From positions 6,014,001 to 6,078,000 of the forward strand of contig JBHGNT010000001.1 in the NCBI GenBank assembly GCA_043228905.1: a DNA stretch of 64,000 nucleotides, read 5' to 3'. Shown piece after piece: positions 37,942-53,800 of the stretch (the first letter of the stretch is position 1; the number at the start of each line of letters is the position of its first letter). The position numbers and the translations under genes were made by a program. The notes beneath the pieces were generated by a model. It worked only from the letters and a program-made list of their open reading frames with translations. It was not told the origin of the DNA and made no database searches. The DNA comes from Azolla caroliniana. Lineage: Eukaryota > Plantae > Polypodiophyta.

Positions 37942-40900
37942 CGTTCTGGCAAACTCGGCTTTTATCTCGGATCATTTGGGAGGATAGAATGAGGAATGTC
38001 AATCAAGAGGGGGGGGGGGGAGGGGTGAAAGTTAAATGAGTAATAAGAAAAGAGGTAGTAATGATTAGACGCATATTAGGAAAGATTGAGTGTGGAAAAG
38101 CAAGTCAAAGGAAGGATGTGGACAATCTCGCTTCGTGTTGTTGTAGATGGTATATATTTTGGCCAAAGTAAATTCCAGCCCATTGACTTTAATCAACTCA
38201 GACACATACAGTGTGATATATATATATATATGTATATATACGTATATATGTATGTATATAGCCTATGGGTAAAAAACAAAACTTGCTTTCATGTGGTGGA
38301 CCGGTGCTGCTTGTTGACTGAATATTACAAGCAGCATAAACATATATGGAAGAAAAATTCTTTTGTTTATAATAAATCAAATAAATAAATGCATAAATAG
38401 TACTTATAATTGATAAAGCTATTGCTTTTGGGCATTATTTTTTCTGCTTTCGTTGTTTTGTTTTAAAAAACAAAAGCAATTCGCATCATTTAAGCAACAG
38501 GCTCTCTCATTTGTACGCGCGGTGTCTAGTAACGGCACTAAAGCGGTTTGGCCAAAACCATGGTTATTTCTTAAACCACGGTTTATGACTATATATATAT
38601 ATGTATCTATGGTGATTTGTTTTTAATTAAATTTTTTTTATGACCTTTTGGATTTACTTTTTTGACTTACTTTGAGTGATAATAAAAACGAGGAGGAGAA
38701 AGGGAAAGGTGTAACTTTAGAGGGATATACCAACCCCACTCAAACGTGACTTTAAGCTCCTTGAATCTTTCCTCCGTGCCATAACTTATCACATATTAAC
38801 AACTGTGAGTGTGAGAGAGAAAAGATCTAACTTTTTCTCACCAAAGTCTGATGTGGGTTATTGATACTTCAAACAGTCAACCCTTTTGTCTTGCACGATT
38901 CACTTCGCAATGTACGTGGCATCGTCCACTCCGGGAGTCTCCTATAGTTTTTAAAACTTGTGTTCATCAACCTACATAATATCGATTCATTGTTATATCA
39001 ACCAACGTACATGATGTCATTTATGTTATACTTTGCTTGTGTTGCTTTCCGATAATGTCATGTGTCAACATTGTTCAAATTTTGATCAATAAAGCACGCG
39101 GGAGATAGAAAAGTCAAAACATTGTTGGACAAATTCTTGGAGATTGTCTAGGTTCATATAACTGAACTAGCTAAGTTTTTTACTAGCATACTATTATCGG
39201 GCATTCATCAATATCTATAATGTTTGAAAAGTTGCTCTAACTATGTACATGCTATTGAACATGTACTATGACAATTACGTTGGATAGGTATATATGAATT
39301 AAGTTTTGATTTGGGTTCACATAATCTTGCAACGAAATATGTACGATGTATTGGAGTAATAGTACTAAACATTCAATTGTGCCTGCGTTTTTAACATTGT
39401 GCAAAGGGAAACTAAACAAGTTGCCAATTGGCATCCCATAATGGTCATACAATCCCTCCCAATTTTCATTTATTTTGAAAACTCGCACAAAGTTAATTTG
39501 AACTTGGTCTTGGTTGTACCTATGATCCAAGCTTGACATTGTACTATGCAACAAAATTATTTAATTAATAAAGGATAACAAACCTTGACATAACATTATA
39601 AACTTCATGATTGATTGGTGATAGGTTTGGTAGATCATGTAGTCAAGATGCATCTTTGCCTTTCAACGATAGAGTTTTTCCTACTATTATACCATGTGTT
39701 TACATGGTCATCATTGTGCATTATAGAGATTCGGCCTATATTAGGGTAAATAAGTATAGTAAGCTCAATTTCTCTACTAACAATAGAAATGTTGATGACT
39801 TTTTGAGTGCTATGAATAAATTTCTTGGATAGGTGAATGGGAAGTATTGAAGCTTCATTCTATGGGGGCAAAAGATATTGTATCTAATTGGATGAGTTTT
39901 GAGTTTGACATGAACCCATGTATAGAATAAGCCCCTATTAGAGACATTAAATAAGACGTGTTTGACTTGATTTTGTGTCTATGGAAAAATTAAAGCTATA
40001 AAGGTCAATATTGTGAGCTAGTTATATTACTCTAGTAATCTAAGTCACTGTTCATTTCTCATCCCTCTAGACACTTTCCTACTTTGACCTTATTGTCTTT
40101 GTATAAAAAAGCCTAAAAGGAAAGGATCTTTGATTTTAGCTAGAGAATCTAGGAAAGGTTTATCACTCTTGGTTAAAGATCTATAGTATGGTAAGATGTG
40201 TTTTCTCTTGGGCAAATAAGAAATTTAAATGAGGAGACAATAATGGTAAGTGTGACAATCAAAAGTGTTATTCCCAATATACGACTTGATGTATGTAGCC
40301 ACGATAGGTTCCTACACATAATAAAGTTGAGAGACTTTTCCATTCATTATGTTGTAGTTGGGCATTGGTTAGAGGGATTTCAATGCTCATTGGCATTAGA
40401 GGTGATTAAAAGTAGTGAAGCTTAGAAAGCAAATTATTGGCCTTTTAAAAAAGTTGTGAACCTTAACAAAAATGAAATTCCCTTCTCTAACTTATTTGCT
40501 TAACAAATGATTAAAGTTGTGGGTATGTGGAGACAAGGTATGGATTCTGGTCATGGTGTGTAGTATTTCATTTTACAAGCAATATTTCTCAAAGGCAATA
40601 TTGGCCGCATCTTCAAGATGTCGTGTCAGATCTTGTACCATTTGTTTTTTGTCGTAATGTCTTTAGGTATTGAGTTTGGACTCAATGAATGCACATGGGA
40701 AAGGGTGCGACATTTAGAATGTTGTTGGATGGTATATATATATATACACACATAAACCAAAACATTGACATATATGATAGAATTTATTCTGCATGGTCTT
40801 CTTGGGAGATGAATAGTAAGAGCACAAAATAAGTATAAAGATTATGCAACACACTTGAATATAACCATACGACACGATGCCCATTGGCCTACTCATTGCT

Positions 40901-42422
40901 AGTGCATATCCTTTAGATATTTTCCTATGTTGAAAAAGCACAATCCAATGCATAAATTATTATAATAATTCAAAATATTAACCAATCATCAATTTCTTGG
41001 TGTTGTAGGCAGTTCTTTGCACCGACGTAGTGCCATATAGCTCACAAGTAGGGCTAGATCTCATATATTGCTAGGAAGGAGTAAACACTTGTTTATGCAT
41101 TAGAAAGAAGGGGAATTGGATGGAGAATTATAGCTCAAATGGAATTGAGATGTGTTACATAATCCATTTATGTCAATTGTAGTAATTTGTATTTCTCTTA
41201 GTTACGAGGATTAAGCAACAAGGAAATGGAACAAAAATGCATATTCCAAACATTGAGGCAGTTATCATCATAACGATCATGGAATGGGTCTGAGAATCAA
41301 TCGAAAGCCCACGATATCACAAGTCAATACTTGATGAATGGCTTGCATGTAGCATAGGAATCAAGTGTTTCCAAAGACAAAAACCCCCATATGCACATTC
41401 CCAACATCCCCCCTCCCCCCCCCTTTCTTCAATTCATCCTTCCTTGATCATCAATAAGAATTCAATGTGTCAGCAACGCAATGTTTGGGTGATCGATGGA
41501 AGGCGTGAGGTATGGAATATCAACAAGTTAAGGAGGGATGAGAGAGAGAGAGAGAGAGTGTGTGTGTGTGTGTGTGTGTGCATGTGTAAAACGAGCCGAG
41601 CCACACTGTGTAAAAAAGAAAAGCATAGTGGAATGAGAATCAAAGATAGATAGATATTTAGATAGACAGAAATACAATACAATACAAATACAATACAAGA
41701 CATAGGTAAAGAGAAGCTAGTAAAATCGGGGTGTGGTTTGTTGATGGGACAAGACTTGTGTAAAAAGAGGAAGAGGTGGGTGGGGTGCATGCATGCATGC
41801 ATGCGTATGTATATATATGTATGTAACGTAACGTAACGTAATGTATGTATATAATGTATGCATGTATGTAATGTATTCATGTACATTGTGTAATGTATGC
41901 ATGGTATGTAATGTATGTGTCTGTTGACAATGAATGAATGTGGTGAATCGTGATATGCATCTTCTTCGCTCGCTCGCTCGCTATGAGAATGAATGTATAT
42001 AAATTACTAAAGTCAGCGCCGTCTCATCTCCTCCTCCTCTCTTTTTATTATTTTCTTCTCACTAACAAAAACAACTCCTCTGTTCCATCACAACTACATA
42101 CATACATCACATACATACATACATACATACATACATACATACATACATTCTAAATTAATTCCTCTTCTTCTTCTTCTTCTTCTTCTTCTTCCTCCACCAT
42201 ACATACTATCAGAACAGACAGAGTCCTCTGTTCTCTTCTTAACACACACACACACACAAACACACACATTCATACATGAAATAAATAAATAAATAAGTAA
42301 ATAAATAAATATATAAATCTATGTAGAGTCAGAGATAAGGGAAGTGCAGCAGAAAGAGATTTTGAAGGGGCAGATAGATAAGAGATAAGAGATTAGAGAT
42401 TAGAGATTAGATTAGAATACAT

Positions 42423-44559
42423 ATGGACATTGCTCCTGCCCCACTCCCTCCTAATAATGCCATCATGGATGATGGAGACCTCTCTGCTATCGTCCATTCT
42501 TCATCCAATTTCTATAATTATGATTACTGTACAGTTCGGACTCTCCATAACTCACGCCCATCCAATTTCAATCTCGCTGTCCCCCCTCTAATCAATTATA
42601 TCCATACTTCTTCTTCTTCTTCTTCTTCTTCTTCATCACCATCGCCATCGCCATCATCATCATCATCGTCTTCTTCTTCTTCTTCTTCATCATCAACATC
42701 ATCTTCTTCTTCTTCTTCATCGTCTCCTTTCTTGCCCGATCCCCGTTTCTACCTGACTAACCCTAATTATAATATTCCTTCCAATGATAACTCTACCAAT
42801 ACTAAACATGACAGTAATCATCCCTGCCCTTCATTAGGCATCATTAATACGCGTGCTCTCATCACAGCGCCAGTACCTCATTTCTTCTCTACTCTTCCTC
42901 CTCCTCCTCCTCCTCCTCCTCCTCCATATACTAGCAATAACAGCTGCAACACTTTAAATACTACCAATCATGCCCTGTTGAACAATAACTCTGCTAATCT
43001 GCTCCTCAATTCATCCCCTCAGCTTTATAATACTACACCTACTTGCGGCCGATCCATGCTACTACATAAGCCTTTCTTCAAACTTATGGAAAATCAGAGC
43101 ATGTCTAATGCAATTCAACAGCTAAGTAGTAGTAGTAGCATTTACGATAATCAGAACAGGGGGCAGCAGCAGCAGCTGCAGCTGCAGCTTTCTACTAGTC
43201 TTCATCAAAATAGTGATATTAATAAACATGATTGTAATCAAGCCAAGGTGGGGCCTAATTACTGTATGCTATCTGCTACTAGTGGTTCGAGCAGCTTCTT
43301 GCAACGCCACAGGATGATGTCGGGTGAAGATAATCATGATTATCTAAGATTGTTATTAAGCATTGGGGAGCAGCAGCAGCAGCAGAAGAAGAAGAGCAAT
43401 ATGATTGTCATGTCAAAATCCTCTCCTCCCCCTCCACCAAATTTACTCATTAATTCAAGGCTACTGCTTCATCCTCATGGGCCTGCTGCTGCTACTACTA
43501 CTAGTAATAATAACGATAACAAGAGTAATGTGGTTATGCACAACACCACCACCACCATGGATCTGCAGCCACTCAAACAAAGGGCTCCCAAAAAGAGGTA
43601 TACATACATACATACATACATACATACATACATGCATAGACACATACATAGATACATAGATACATACATCTATACATACATACATACATACATGCATGCA
43701 TAGACACATACATAGATACATAGATACATACATCTATGCATACATTCATGCATGCATAGATACATACATACATACATACATACATCTATGCATACATTCA
43801 TGCATGCATAGATACATACATACATACATACATACATACATACATCACACAATTGTATGTTGTCTTGTGCTTTTCTCACATTGCCATGCGTTGGGTTGGT
43901 TGGGTGGGTCGATCGTTAGCAGGAAGGCGCAACAAAAGCGCGTCGTATATGTCCCGGCCGGAGGAGGCACGAGCTCCCATGTGCGCCCCGGCGAACCTAT
44001 CCCTTCCGACCCTTGGGCTTGGAGAAAATATGGCCAAAAACCTATCAAAGGTTCACCTCACCCAAGGTAACAATGTGCACAATGTGTATGCTATATACAA
44101 CAAAACCCTCATGTTCATGAACTTTGTGTAAGTCTTGTGAGCTAATCTCTCTTCAGTCCATTCTTCGTCTTTACTTTAATATGTTTTTGCCCTAGTCATT
44201 TAACTATTAATCGATTGCTAATGTACTTCCTTTGAATAATTTGTGTACTAGGGGTTATTATAGATGCAGTAGCTCTAAAGGTTGCCCTGCCAGAAAGCAA
44301 GTGGAGAGAAGTCCTAGTGATCCTTCCATGTTAATGGTAACCTACACTTCGGAGCATAATCACCCTTGGCCGACTCATAGGATGAATGCATTGTCGATAT
44401 CGAGCATCCCCACAACTTCGAAAACCCTTCCTTTGTCACACGCTCACCCCACTGCCTCATCATCTTCCCAGGAGAAATCCCCTAGCACCAGCCATGAACA
44501 ACTTAGCCCATTTACTTGCACCAACACTAGTGACCCTAATTGTAGGGACATCATGGATA

Positions 44560-44592
<33 letters not shown>

Positions 44593-44894
44593 TTACCGAA
44601 GATTTGGTCAAGCACATAAGAAGCAAGATGAATGACCGCGAGGTTTTGGGATCTACAAGTTGCACTAATTTGCATGTGGATTCAAGTTCTTCTTGTGTTG
44701 AAGATCCAAGTAACATTCATTACATGGAAGATGACACTCTTTTTGATGACTTGGTGGAGGAGATGCACACACAAAGCACAACTACATCTAGTATATTAAA
44801 CGTAGAGCTAGATCAAGCAATACTAGAGGGTGGACCTTCCGAAGTAGACCCTTTTAATCTCTTCCATTGGTCCTCCCCTACTTTCAACAAATGA
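42423..44894 (+). CDS. WRKY: WRKY transcription factor, group IIe-like, 3 exons (42423-43597, 43923-44066, 44252-44894)
   Basis: [22 protein letters not shown]|[20 protein letters not shown]...[11 protein letters not shown]: single WRKY domain, C2H2 finger, R-type intron. N-terminal [10 protein letters not shown] motif. Confidence 0.93.
43598..43845. repeat. (TACA)n-type compound microsatellite filling WRKY intron 1
   Basis: Directly visible. Related TGTA/TACA, GA, GT, CA and TCT tracts lie at 41540-42420. Confidence 0.95.
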
Positions 44895-47800
44895 CCATAA
44901 ATGTATAATTCAAACTCACACAAACCCACTCCCAATATACAAGTTATTTCCTCAACATGAGTCTCAAATGAGGGATATACAACCCTACTAATTGTATTCA
45001 CATTAAACTTGGCAAAATTTTGTAACTAAAGAGCTCCAAATAATCATGTCCTTTTTTCCGCCCTTCATTTGGCATACCATATATTTGTGGTACTGTTTTT
45101 CCAGCACATTTGCTTGAGAGAATTGGTATTGTACTGTTGCATTTTATTTCTATTGCTAATGTTTCCAAGCAACAAGTCTGAAAGTTCGACCTACACTTTA
45201 GTGCATGAAGCCGAATTTGTGCCACACTAATCGAAAACAACCACGTTGTTCATAATTAAATTTTGTAATACTTATATTAAGAATGCATTCTTTCAATGCA
45301 AATTACAATATTTAGTTTTATTCCTCCCCCCCAAAAAACCAAAATTGATTGTCTCCACTATTGTTGTTTTACGTACCATCCAAGGCTATTTTTCTTGGGA
45401 TTGTGGAGTAAAGTTATCCGAAGCCATTGTCCTTCCTATATTTAAAAACAATGTGCGCTATAAAATATTATGCAACACTGTATATTTATGTGTATCTATA
45501 TCTATATCTATATATATGTGTGTGTATAACATTTTCATTACCATGCTCTTTCAATCAAACATGTCGGTAGCATCGTATATTAAACATTGAGCTACTATCC
45601 AAATAAATCCGGAGTGGATTTATTTATTTATTTACAACATACACTGGGATCGTGAGCTTAAACTTTGTAAGGGGCAAGTCATACAAATATCTAGACGATT
45701 AAAAGGAGAGTGGGAACAATTGATCCATTGGGGTGTGTATCGGTCGATATATGTATTTGGGTATGTGTATTGATCAATAACGCGTGAACACGTCCCATAT
45801 TAGTCAAAAGGGAAAGAGGAGAATGAGTCACAACTTGCAGGGATTGATGTAGATGGTTATGAGTGGCTACATAAAATGCCATGTTCAATACATCTTTTGT
45901 GATTGAGTAGACTTAAAATTGCATTTGACTCTTTTGACTTGGTTGAAATTAAAAAGAAAAGGTTGAAAAGTGGTTTTTGTAAATTGCCAAATTATATATA
46001 ATGTTTTTATGTCCTTTTTTAGTTTCTTTTGATGGGAGCTAGTAGCTATGGCATATCAAATTTACCATAGAGTCCAAGCCCTCATATAGTTATCAAGAAA
46101 AAGAAAAGTGCAAGTGTGATGATGACATGTAGCAGTACCACATACTTATAAGTCAACCCTTTCTTCTGTGATAAATCTCGAAGTTCCAATCAATTTAGAG
46201 CACTTCAATATTTACCCCATCTTTGCCTTCGTAAGCCTCAACGGTGAGTGTTTTGTCAAAATGTACACTTCAACCTCGAGGTCTCAACAATTCAATAAAG
46301 TTAGGAGTGTTACGGTTATAGATTAAATGGATGGCACTATAAATATGCACTATTATTTTAGAAAACCTCTAGCTTAGCGAAATTTTAACTTGTCAAATTC
46401 AGGTGTGTAACAAAACGTAAGCAATTACAAAGAACTATATCATTGGTCGTGCTTGTAGTATGTTATGGCCATAGTTTGGTCACCATGTTTTCTTTTGATG
46501 GTAATGCGGGTGACAACCCAAATATGTAAGCATGATCTTAATTTATGGTTGCTTTTCGAAAAAAGGTGGAATAGTTTTCATTATATTGACTGACACTCAA
46601 TGCTAGATACATTAATAGACATGTAGACATGATAACTTCTAGTGTTAGAATCAAGTGCTCTAGGGACCTTTGAGTTTTTATGTGAGTTGGAACTTGGCAC
46701 TTCTCATTTTATCAAAATAGATTGGGCCCCATCCCAAATAAGTTATGAAGCATATTGACACATGCATGATTACTATCTTCTACCACAATTATTTGACCTA
46801 CCTCAAGGTGGCAATCGTTCTATCAAGGTGCTCCAATATGGGGGCTGCTAGCCCACATAAATAATGGTATACTTCTTGCCCTTTGGAAAAACGGGGACAT
46901 CCTCTCATATAATCAATGAAGTGAACAACTTTCAAAGTGTGTATTGTAAGTTTAGTGTGTTTTTCATCATTTTCAAGTATATTTTCTTTTCTTTTGAGTA
47001 AATTGGCATGAAGCTAATTACTCTAAAGTATATGATGGTCCACTAAGACAACCACCTCCCTTCCTAAAGAGACCTTTGACACCATTAGAGGCATGCATGG
47101 AAGCTACTTAAACATATTATATTTATGTTTAGGTGGACTAAATACTTGTGTCCCAAACCTTCATTGGACATGGATAGTTAATTCTTACTCTACAAAATTA
47201 GCCCTCTAAGATTATCTCGAATGATTGCAACTGAGAAAAAAAACATGGTAAAATCACAGTTACACCTTCCGGCTAAAATGCATGTCAAGTTTAAGTTTTG
47301 GTATCAAAGGTTCCTTACAATGGATCCATAGATCGACATACATGCTCTCCCATCGTAGGTAAAATGTAGTGGTTTGGATGAACAACTAACACACCAATCA
47401 GTGGTAGAAACTAGCACTTCTCAAATAGTATACTTCCAAGTCATTAGGATGTAGTCTCCCGCAATAAAGTAATATTTCTAGTGGATCAAGGTCAAGAGAT
47501 GAACCCAAGTTATTGGTACGTGATGTGCCATTGGTCATTCTAGGGGTACGTGGCCATCATCTAGAAGAGCACACAGAAATAGTAAGTGAATGATCAAAAT
47601 CCATAAGCCACGATGTGTCGACACGCTTGACGAATACATCCACAAGTACTTGACCCCATCATAGTAACATTTCAGGATAAAATCAATATCCCCAATTCAA
47701 CATCCACAAGTACTTCATGATCAACTTCCATATTTCATTATTTAAATCAAGACTTTAATTTCCACAACAAGGCTTCACCATGAAAATTTTACATACATTG

Positions 47801-48901
47801 CAATTAGTGATTTTACTTCTTATTATGATTATCAAAGAATATAAAATAAATGAGTGTTTTCCTTGTTCTTTTTCCCATTTTGGGTTTCAATACGGAAAAC
47901 TACAAAAATAAGCACTTTATACTTATATTCACATGATTGAATCCTCTTAAATCATATTACAAACTGAATTTTTATCATTTCATTTCGTGTATAATAACTT
48001 ATGATAATATCTAACTTGTTATAAATGCGTAGGCAACAGGTTATACTACACTGTCATCCCAATCAAATTTCTTCAAGATAACTGGGAATCTTATACAAAA
48101 CGTTTGTAAGTAATTCAAGGTGTCATCACTCTGACAAGGAAGCAAAATATGTACAAAATTCTTATTCAAGTTTCTTCACAAACATTTAGAATTCTAGTTA
48201 TGCACTCAAGTCAAATTATATGCAGTACTGCACACAATCATTGATCATATACAATGTATGCGTCTATTGACATATGCCTCGAACACTCGAACACTCATAG
48301 AAGGTATCCTTCAATAACAATGGCACCCGAACACATGAATTTTAAGACATTTTGATAATGTTTCCTACATAGAGATATATGTTTAAAAAAGTTATAGTTA
48401 AAAGAGGTTTTCATACGAGTAATAGATGGATAACTTGATCCAGTGGCCCAGTCCCCAATGCACACTTTGAGAAGGCTCATGGTGTCAATATCCTTGGCAA
48501 CACAGAAAAGAAAAATACTCATGGTATTAAGTTCATTCAACCATGGTATTTCTATAGCATATGAGAAAGGAATTGAGTCAAAAGTAATATGCGATAACTT
48601 TCAATAAATGCAATTACAAGACCAAAAATAAGTCATTTATCTGCCTCAAATATTTGTGTGCCCTGGCTTCTGTACCTACTCCTGTATTTGTATAGTTAAG
48701 CCTTGAGTCATCATATCCCCTTACATTGGGTGATGCAAATGACCCTCAATAAAACTGTTCAGTTTCTTGGTTAGCAAACCCCCCTCCCAAAATAAAACAG
48801 GTGATAGATGGCAATTAGGTCATCAAACAGAAGAACACAAAGACAGAAAAATCTACTCTCATTTTGTTGTACATTTTCCAATTTTTATGACAGATAGCCA
48901 T

Positions 48902-50788
48902 TCAAAGCTCGTCATGTGCGATGTCTCCTGTACCATCCAGTTGACGCTTCAGTGCCTGCAATTTTGATAGAATTACCTCACAATCAGAAAGACTAAATAA
49001 ATACAATAAAAAAATGTTTTCGGTTGTAAAGCATCCAAACATAAAAGTAAAAACATGAAAAAACCAGATCTCCTATTCAAGAAAACATGCAAAACTTACA
49101 ACTAATCTCTCCTCATGGCATACTGCTGGAGTTGAAAGTTGTGCCACATACCTATAAAAATCAGACTCTTACATCAGTTGGAAGTACACCAATCCTCTCA
49201 ATATTCATTCATATCTCATAGCACATTGGAACTTACTCACAACGGCTTGGCTCATCAACATCTTTTAGTTCAATCTTAGTGCTACAACGTAGTCGCACCT
49301 GCATGAATATATATATCCAAATAAGTTCTCGGTCTAATTTTTTATTGTAATGGGCTCCCCTAATGGTTAGCTATTTAGCTATCAACACAAGGTATACTTC
49401 ATTCTCACATCTTTTTTAAACTATATACCACTGCTCCTAGGACACAAGCCATCTCAACTATGGCTGATGGCTCTCTCTCTCTCTCTCTGGACAATGACAT
49501 TAGAATATGTATCGTGCAAATAAGCCACGACTATCTGGACTATGGTCTCATTGTTGCAGAGATCTCTTCATCTTCGAATGGTTCATGTTGCCATGTTGGA
49601 GATAGTTCTTAGATATTCAGATTCTTTGGTACCTATGTTCAGTTATCTTTATTTTGGTTTGGTTTGTTCTCAAAATGAGAAAACATTATGATATATAATC
49701 TCTTGTTTGGTTTTATAGGTCATTTTGACATCTTAAAAGACGTTAATATAGCTCTTTCTCTCTCTGTCAATCACTCCTTTGCACTCGATCACACAACCTA
49801 GGTATTGAAGTTATATTATGGAATCAAAATCAGCCAAATATAAAGGCATGTAAGGTATGCAATGAAGGGCTAGTAGAAGATGAGTATCACTTGCTTTTTA
49901 CATGCTCTGCTTACAACGTAATTTGTGAAAGCTATGATGATATATTAAGAGGGGGTGAGGGGGTGATGACGTGACTGTAACACTAAAGAGAAAACCTAGA
50001 CGGTTGAGCTCATATGTATATGCCTAATTCATGTTAGAAATATTGAGAATTGATTAGATAGGTATATAGAGTTACAACCACAGAGATGGATATATGAAAA
50101 CAAAACTTCTATTACACATGAGAGTAGCTCACAATGGTATTCACCATGCACTCACACCTTAGAGCTTAGATGGGATCTGAACCAGCTCACTACAAAATTA
50201 GTGGGGACTGATGATCAATCCAACCACTATGTAAGAAAGTGGATTATATTCTATGTTTGGTCTAAGTATAACATTAAATGTACTAGTCAGTTGATAGTAG
50301 TGGAGATATTCCTTTTCTGTCAACTAAATTGTCATTTAATATGACCCAACTCCCTAGATACAGGCTAGTGCTAGATAGTACTTATCTTGAAGTCAATGGC
50401 ACATACTTCAAGACTAAGTACATCGTAACTTGCCCACAAAATATTCTAGTTGACTTGATTGGCCAATCCTATTACCTATTTCGCTCTTTCCTAAATCCAT
50501 TGTGTCTTATGCATCTACGGTTTCCTAGATTAGCACCTTATCGACCCATATGGTCGAGTTGCACACTAGCCGCTCCTCATTTGGGGCGCAATCACAAAAT
50601 GTGCACTCTAAGAGCACATATGGGGATAGATTTACAACTTGGGGCTGATCATTGATTATATCTAACAATTCACACATCGAAACTTGGTGCTTCAAAGTAT
50701 GAATATCCCTTCTTAGGAAGGAGACACACATCAAGATAACTTTTGTACTTAGGTCCCATGGGTCAATATTGGCCTCTCTATGGGTGCT

Positions 50789-50824
<36 letters not shown>

Positions 50825-53800
50825 ATAGAGACACTACATAGTTTAGATAAATTTATTTTTTCTTTTTTGACCAGACTTCCAAAATAGCTTCTATCTCACA
50901 GATCAGTTTGGCCACATGAATAATAATTCATTTCATTTTCTTCTTTCATCATCTGCGCAATTGGTTCTATATGACTTGGCTCACATTATATTTGATGTGA
51001 GATGGGTATTGGGGGTATTTTAGCCAGAACAAGTTTGTAAATTTGAGTATCACACTTTGACACAATGCTCTGCATTTGACCAGATTCGGGTTTGCCTTCC
51101 ACACACTGTCAAATCAATCCAATCCCGCAACACAAGCTATTATTATTTCAACTAAGATTAGTTTTCCTTGATTAAGTTGATAAATCTATATAGTGCACTT
51201 GTTCTTCACGAACATTGTTTGAGGATATAGTGCACTTATCAACTCCCGATGTTTCTAGCTATTCTATATTGATAATTGACTGACTTGCCATTTGTGATAT
51301 ATGCTTGTTTATACAACCCCAAATAATACCTTCAAACTTCGGTCTGGACCATTCCAGCACTTGTCACCTCGTACAAATTGCATACTTCTGTAATCATCTT
51401 TGAAACCATCCCAATTCCTGCAGATACTTCTTCTTTGTTACAAAATTCATGATTAAAAATACAAAGGTAAAAACAATGAACAGAAAATATAAGCAGAAAA
51501 AGAAAATGCCAAATGAAAATCGCAACGACCCTAATGTGGTAGTTGAGCGCCCCTCCATCTGCACCCCATGTCTATAAGGACAGACCTTATATGTGTATCT
51601 ACAGGAGTGAAAATTGCACTATTCAGTGGACACACTTATTCAAAATCTTCATGTTTTCTGTGTACATCAAAGATTCAATCTTCATATATGTATGCCCCTT
51701 ACTTGTTCTCCTCTAATTCAAAGCATTTACCATAAAGACTGTAAAACTCTCCATCTTTCCCTGAGGAACCAAAAGAATTTTCAGTTCGATGTGAACATAT
51801 TGTAAAAAACCAAATTTAGAATGAATGCACATAATCAAAAGAACCAAATAAAGAGTATTACCAAAGTCCTGCTCAAGTTTCTTTTCAAGGTCAGAGATCT
51901 TGGTGCCTATATTACTTAATTTTGAGTTCAATTCCTTGTACTCTTTACGTATCCGATCAGCATCTGAGAGAAGCATTCACGCTAACTCACATCAGAAAAA
52001 ATGCACCACATTTTTTATCAATAAGCCGGAAATATCAAAACCAAGGTTAACTTGCCTGATTTGTTTATGGGCAGCCTAGGAAAACTGTAAAGTCCCGAAA
52101 ATGACTCAAAAATGCTTTTAAATTTGGTCCAAAATGAGGGCTCTACATGAGAACTATCTCTCTCTAGATATAACATGCATAGAAAAGATAAAAAATTAGT
52201 AATTAAATGAGTTCATAAAAAAAATAAAAACAGATCATAGTGATGATATACCCTTATGTGCCTGTGTTACATCAGTATGATCATATGCATCAGGATTTTC
52301 ATACTCATCGTCATCTTCGTCATCTGTAGAAGACTCTTCCTCCTCTTGCTCATTCTCTAAATCATCATCATGAAGTTCATGATCATTATGAAACTTTTCT
52401 TCATCATCAACATCATTTTCTTGTGGAGATGGCTCATTTGGATTCTCTCCTGTCCAGCGAGATGCTACTAGGCGTCCCAATTCCTCTTTTGATAAACCTT
52501 CAGCAGTATTTTTTTGCTCCACTGAATCAAATTTCTGAGCATTATTTTCCATAACTTTCTGCTAAAAGGCCATGGAACAGATCAGAACTATATGAGTAAA
52601 AGAACATACTCACAGACATACAAAAGTTTCAAATAGATGCATGTGTATGTCTTTGGTAAACTTGGTTTCTCCACTGCTGGCGCATGCCATAGTGCTGTGT
52701 TTGGCTAATCATGATGGTTGATGCAGCTTAACACTGCATCAGTGCTCAAAAATAGAACTCGAATACAGTGCATTTACAGTATTTTGTGAACGCCCTAAAG
52801 CTTTACAAACCTTTAAATTTTGAAATCTAAAACAGAAATGGAAGTGACAAATTGTTATTTTACCTATATTTATTAGCTGCTATTTTGAAAAATTGAGACA
52901 ACAAATCATATTATATTTGATAGGCAATATATGCAATATTAACTATCCAGTGGAATACATTTCAACAATATATATTTATTACTATTTAGCATTACATAAA
53001 TAGCAGTATGTATGTCTCAATGGAGTAAATTTTGCACAGCAGATGATTGAACCTCACCAGTTCTGCAGGGTCAGTATAATCTTTCTGACCGTGCTCTGCG
53101 TGGTTGGTATTCTCTTCCAGGTCTTGCTCTTCAATCTCAGGATCCTCTTCGAGATCCTGTTCATCTCCTTTCGGTTCTATTCGCTGTTCTTCCATGCCTT
53201 CCTCCCTAGCCTTTTGTATCTCAGCTTCTTTCCTTGCTTTCTCTTCTTTTTCCCGCTCAAGCTTCTCTTTTTCTTCTTCCTTTTCAATTGCTTCCTTCTT
53301 TGCTGGATATAAGCATGGTAAAATGATAAATGACTATTGAATAAAAAAATTTATCCAAAAACCAGAGAATTTCCTACCCTTTAGTCCAAAATAGAGAGAC
53401 AAAGCAAAGTACTACACGTAATGCCTTTCAGAGTTATTGTTAGTTACACCAGTTTTATGCTGTTCCAACAATCTAGATCTGTGCATATGAAAATCAACTT
53501 TAATCTGCACAGTTATGAAAATATACCACCAAGTTTTTGCACTACATCTTTCAGATTCTTCTCTTCAAGCTTCAAGTTTGCTAGCTCCCTTTTGTCCTTC
53601 TCAATCATAAGTTGTGAGTGTTCAATATCACGATTTCTAGCTTCCAGACCAGCTCTGAACGTAGCTATTTTCTTTTTTAACTTCTCCCTCCAGACATTTC
53701 CTGCCTCTGAGCATGTATTTGCACATTGTGCCTTTCCATCATATTCATCACTTCCATCACAACAATCTGTATAACCAATAAAAAATAATAATGGCATAAA

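Noticed and set aside
39200-41000. Possible decayed transposon coding region (also 14850-15250 and 46100-47600)
   Set aside because: No diagnostic motifs or termini that I can support.
43405-43879. MYVC/HTYI-rich ORFs
   Set aside because: Translations of the TACA microsatellite.
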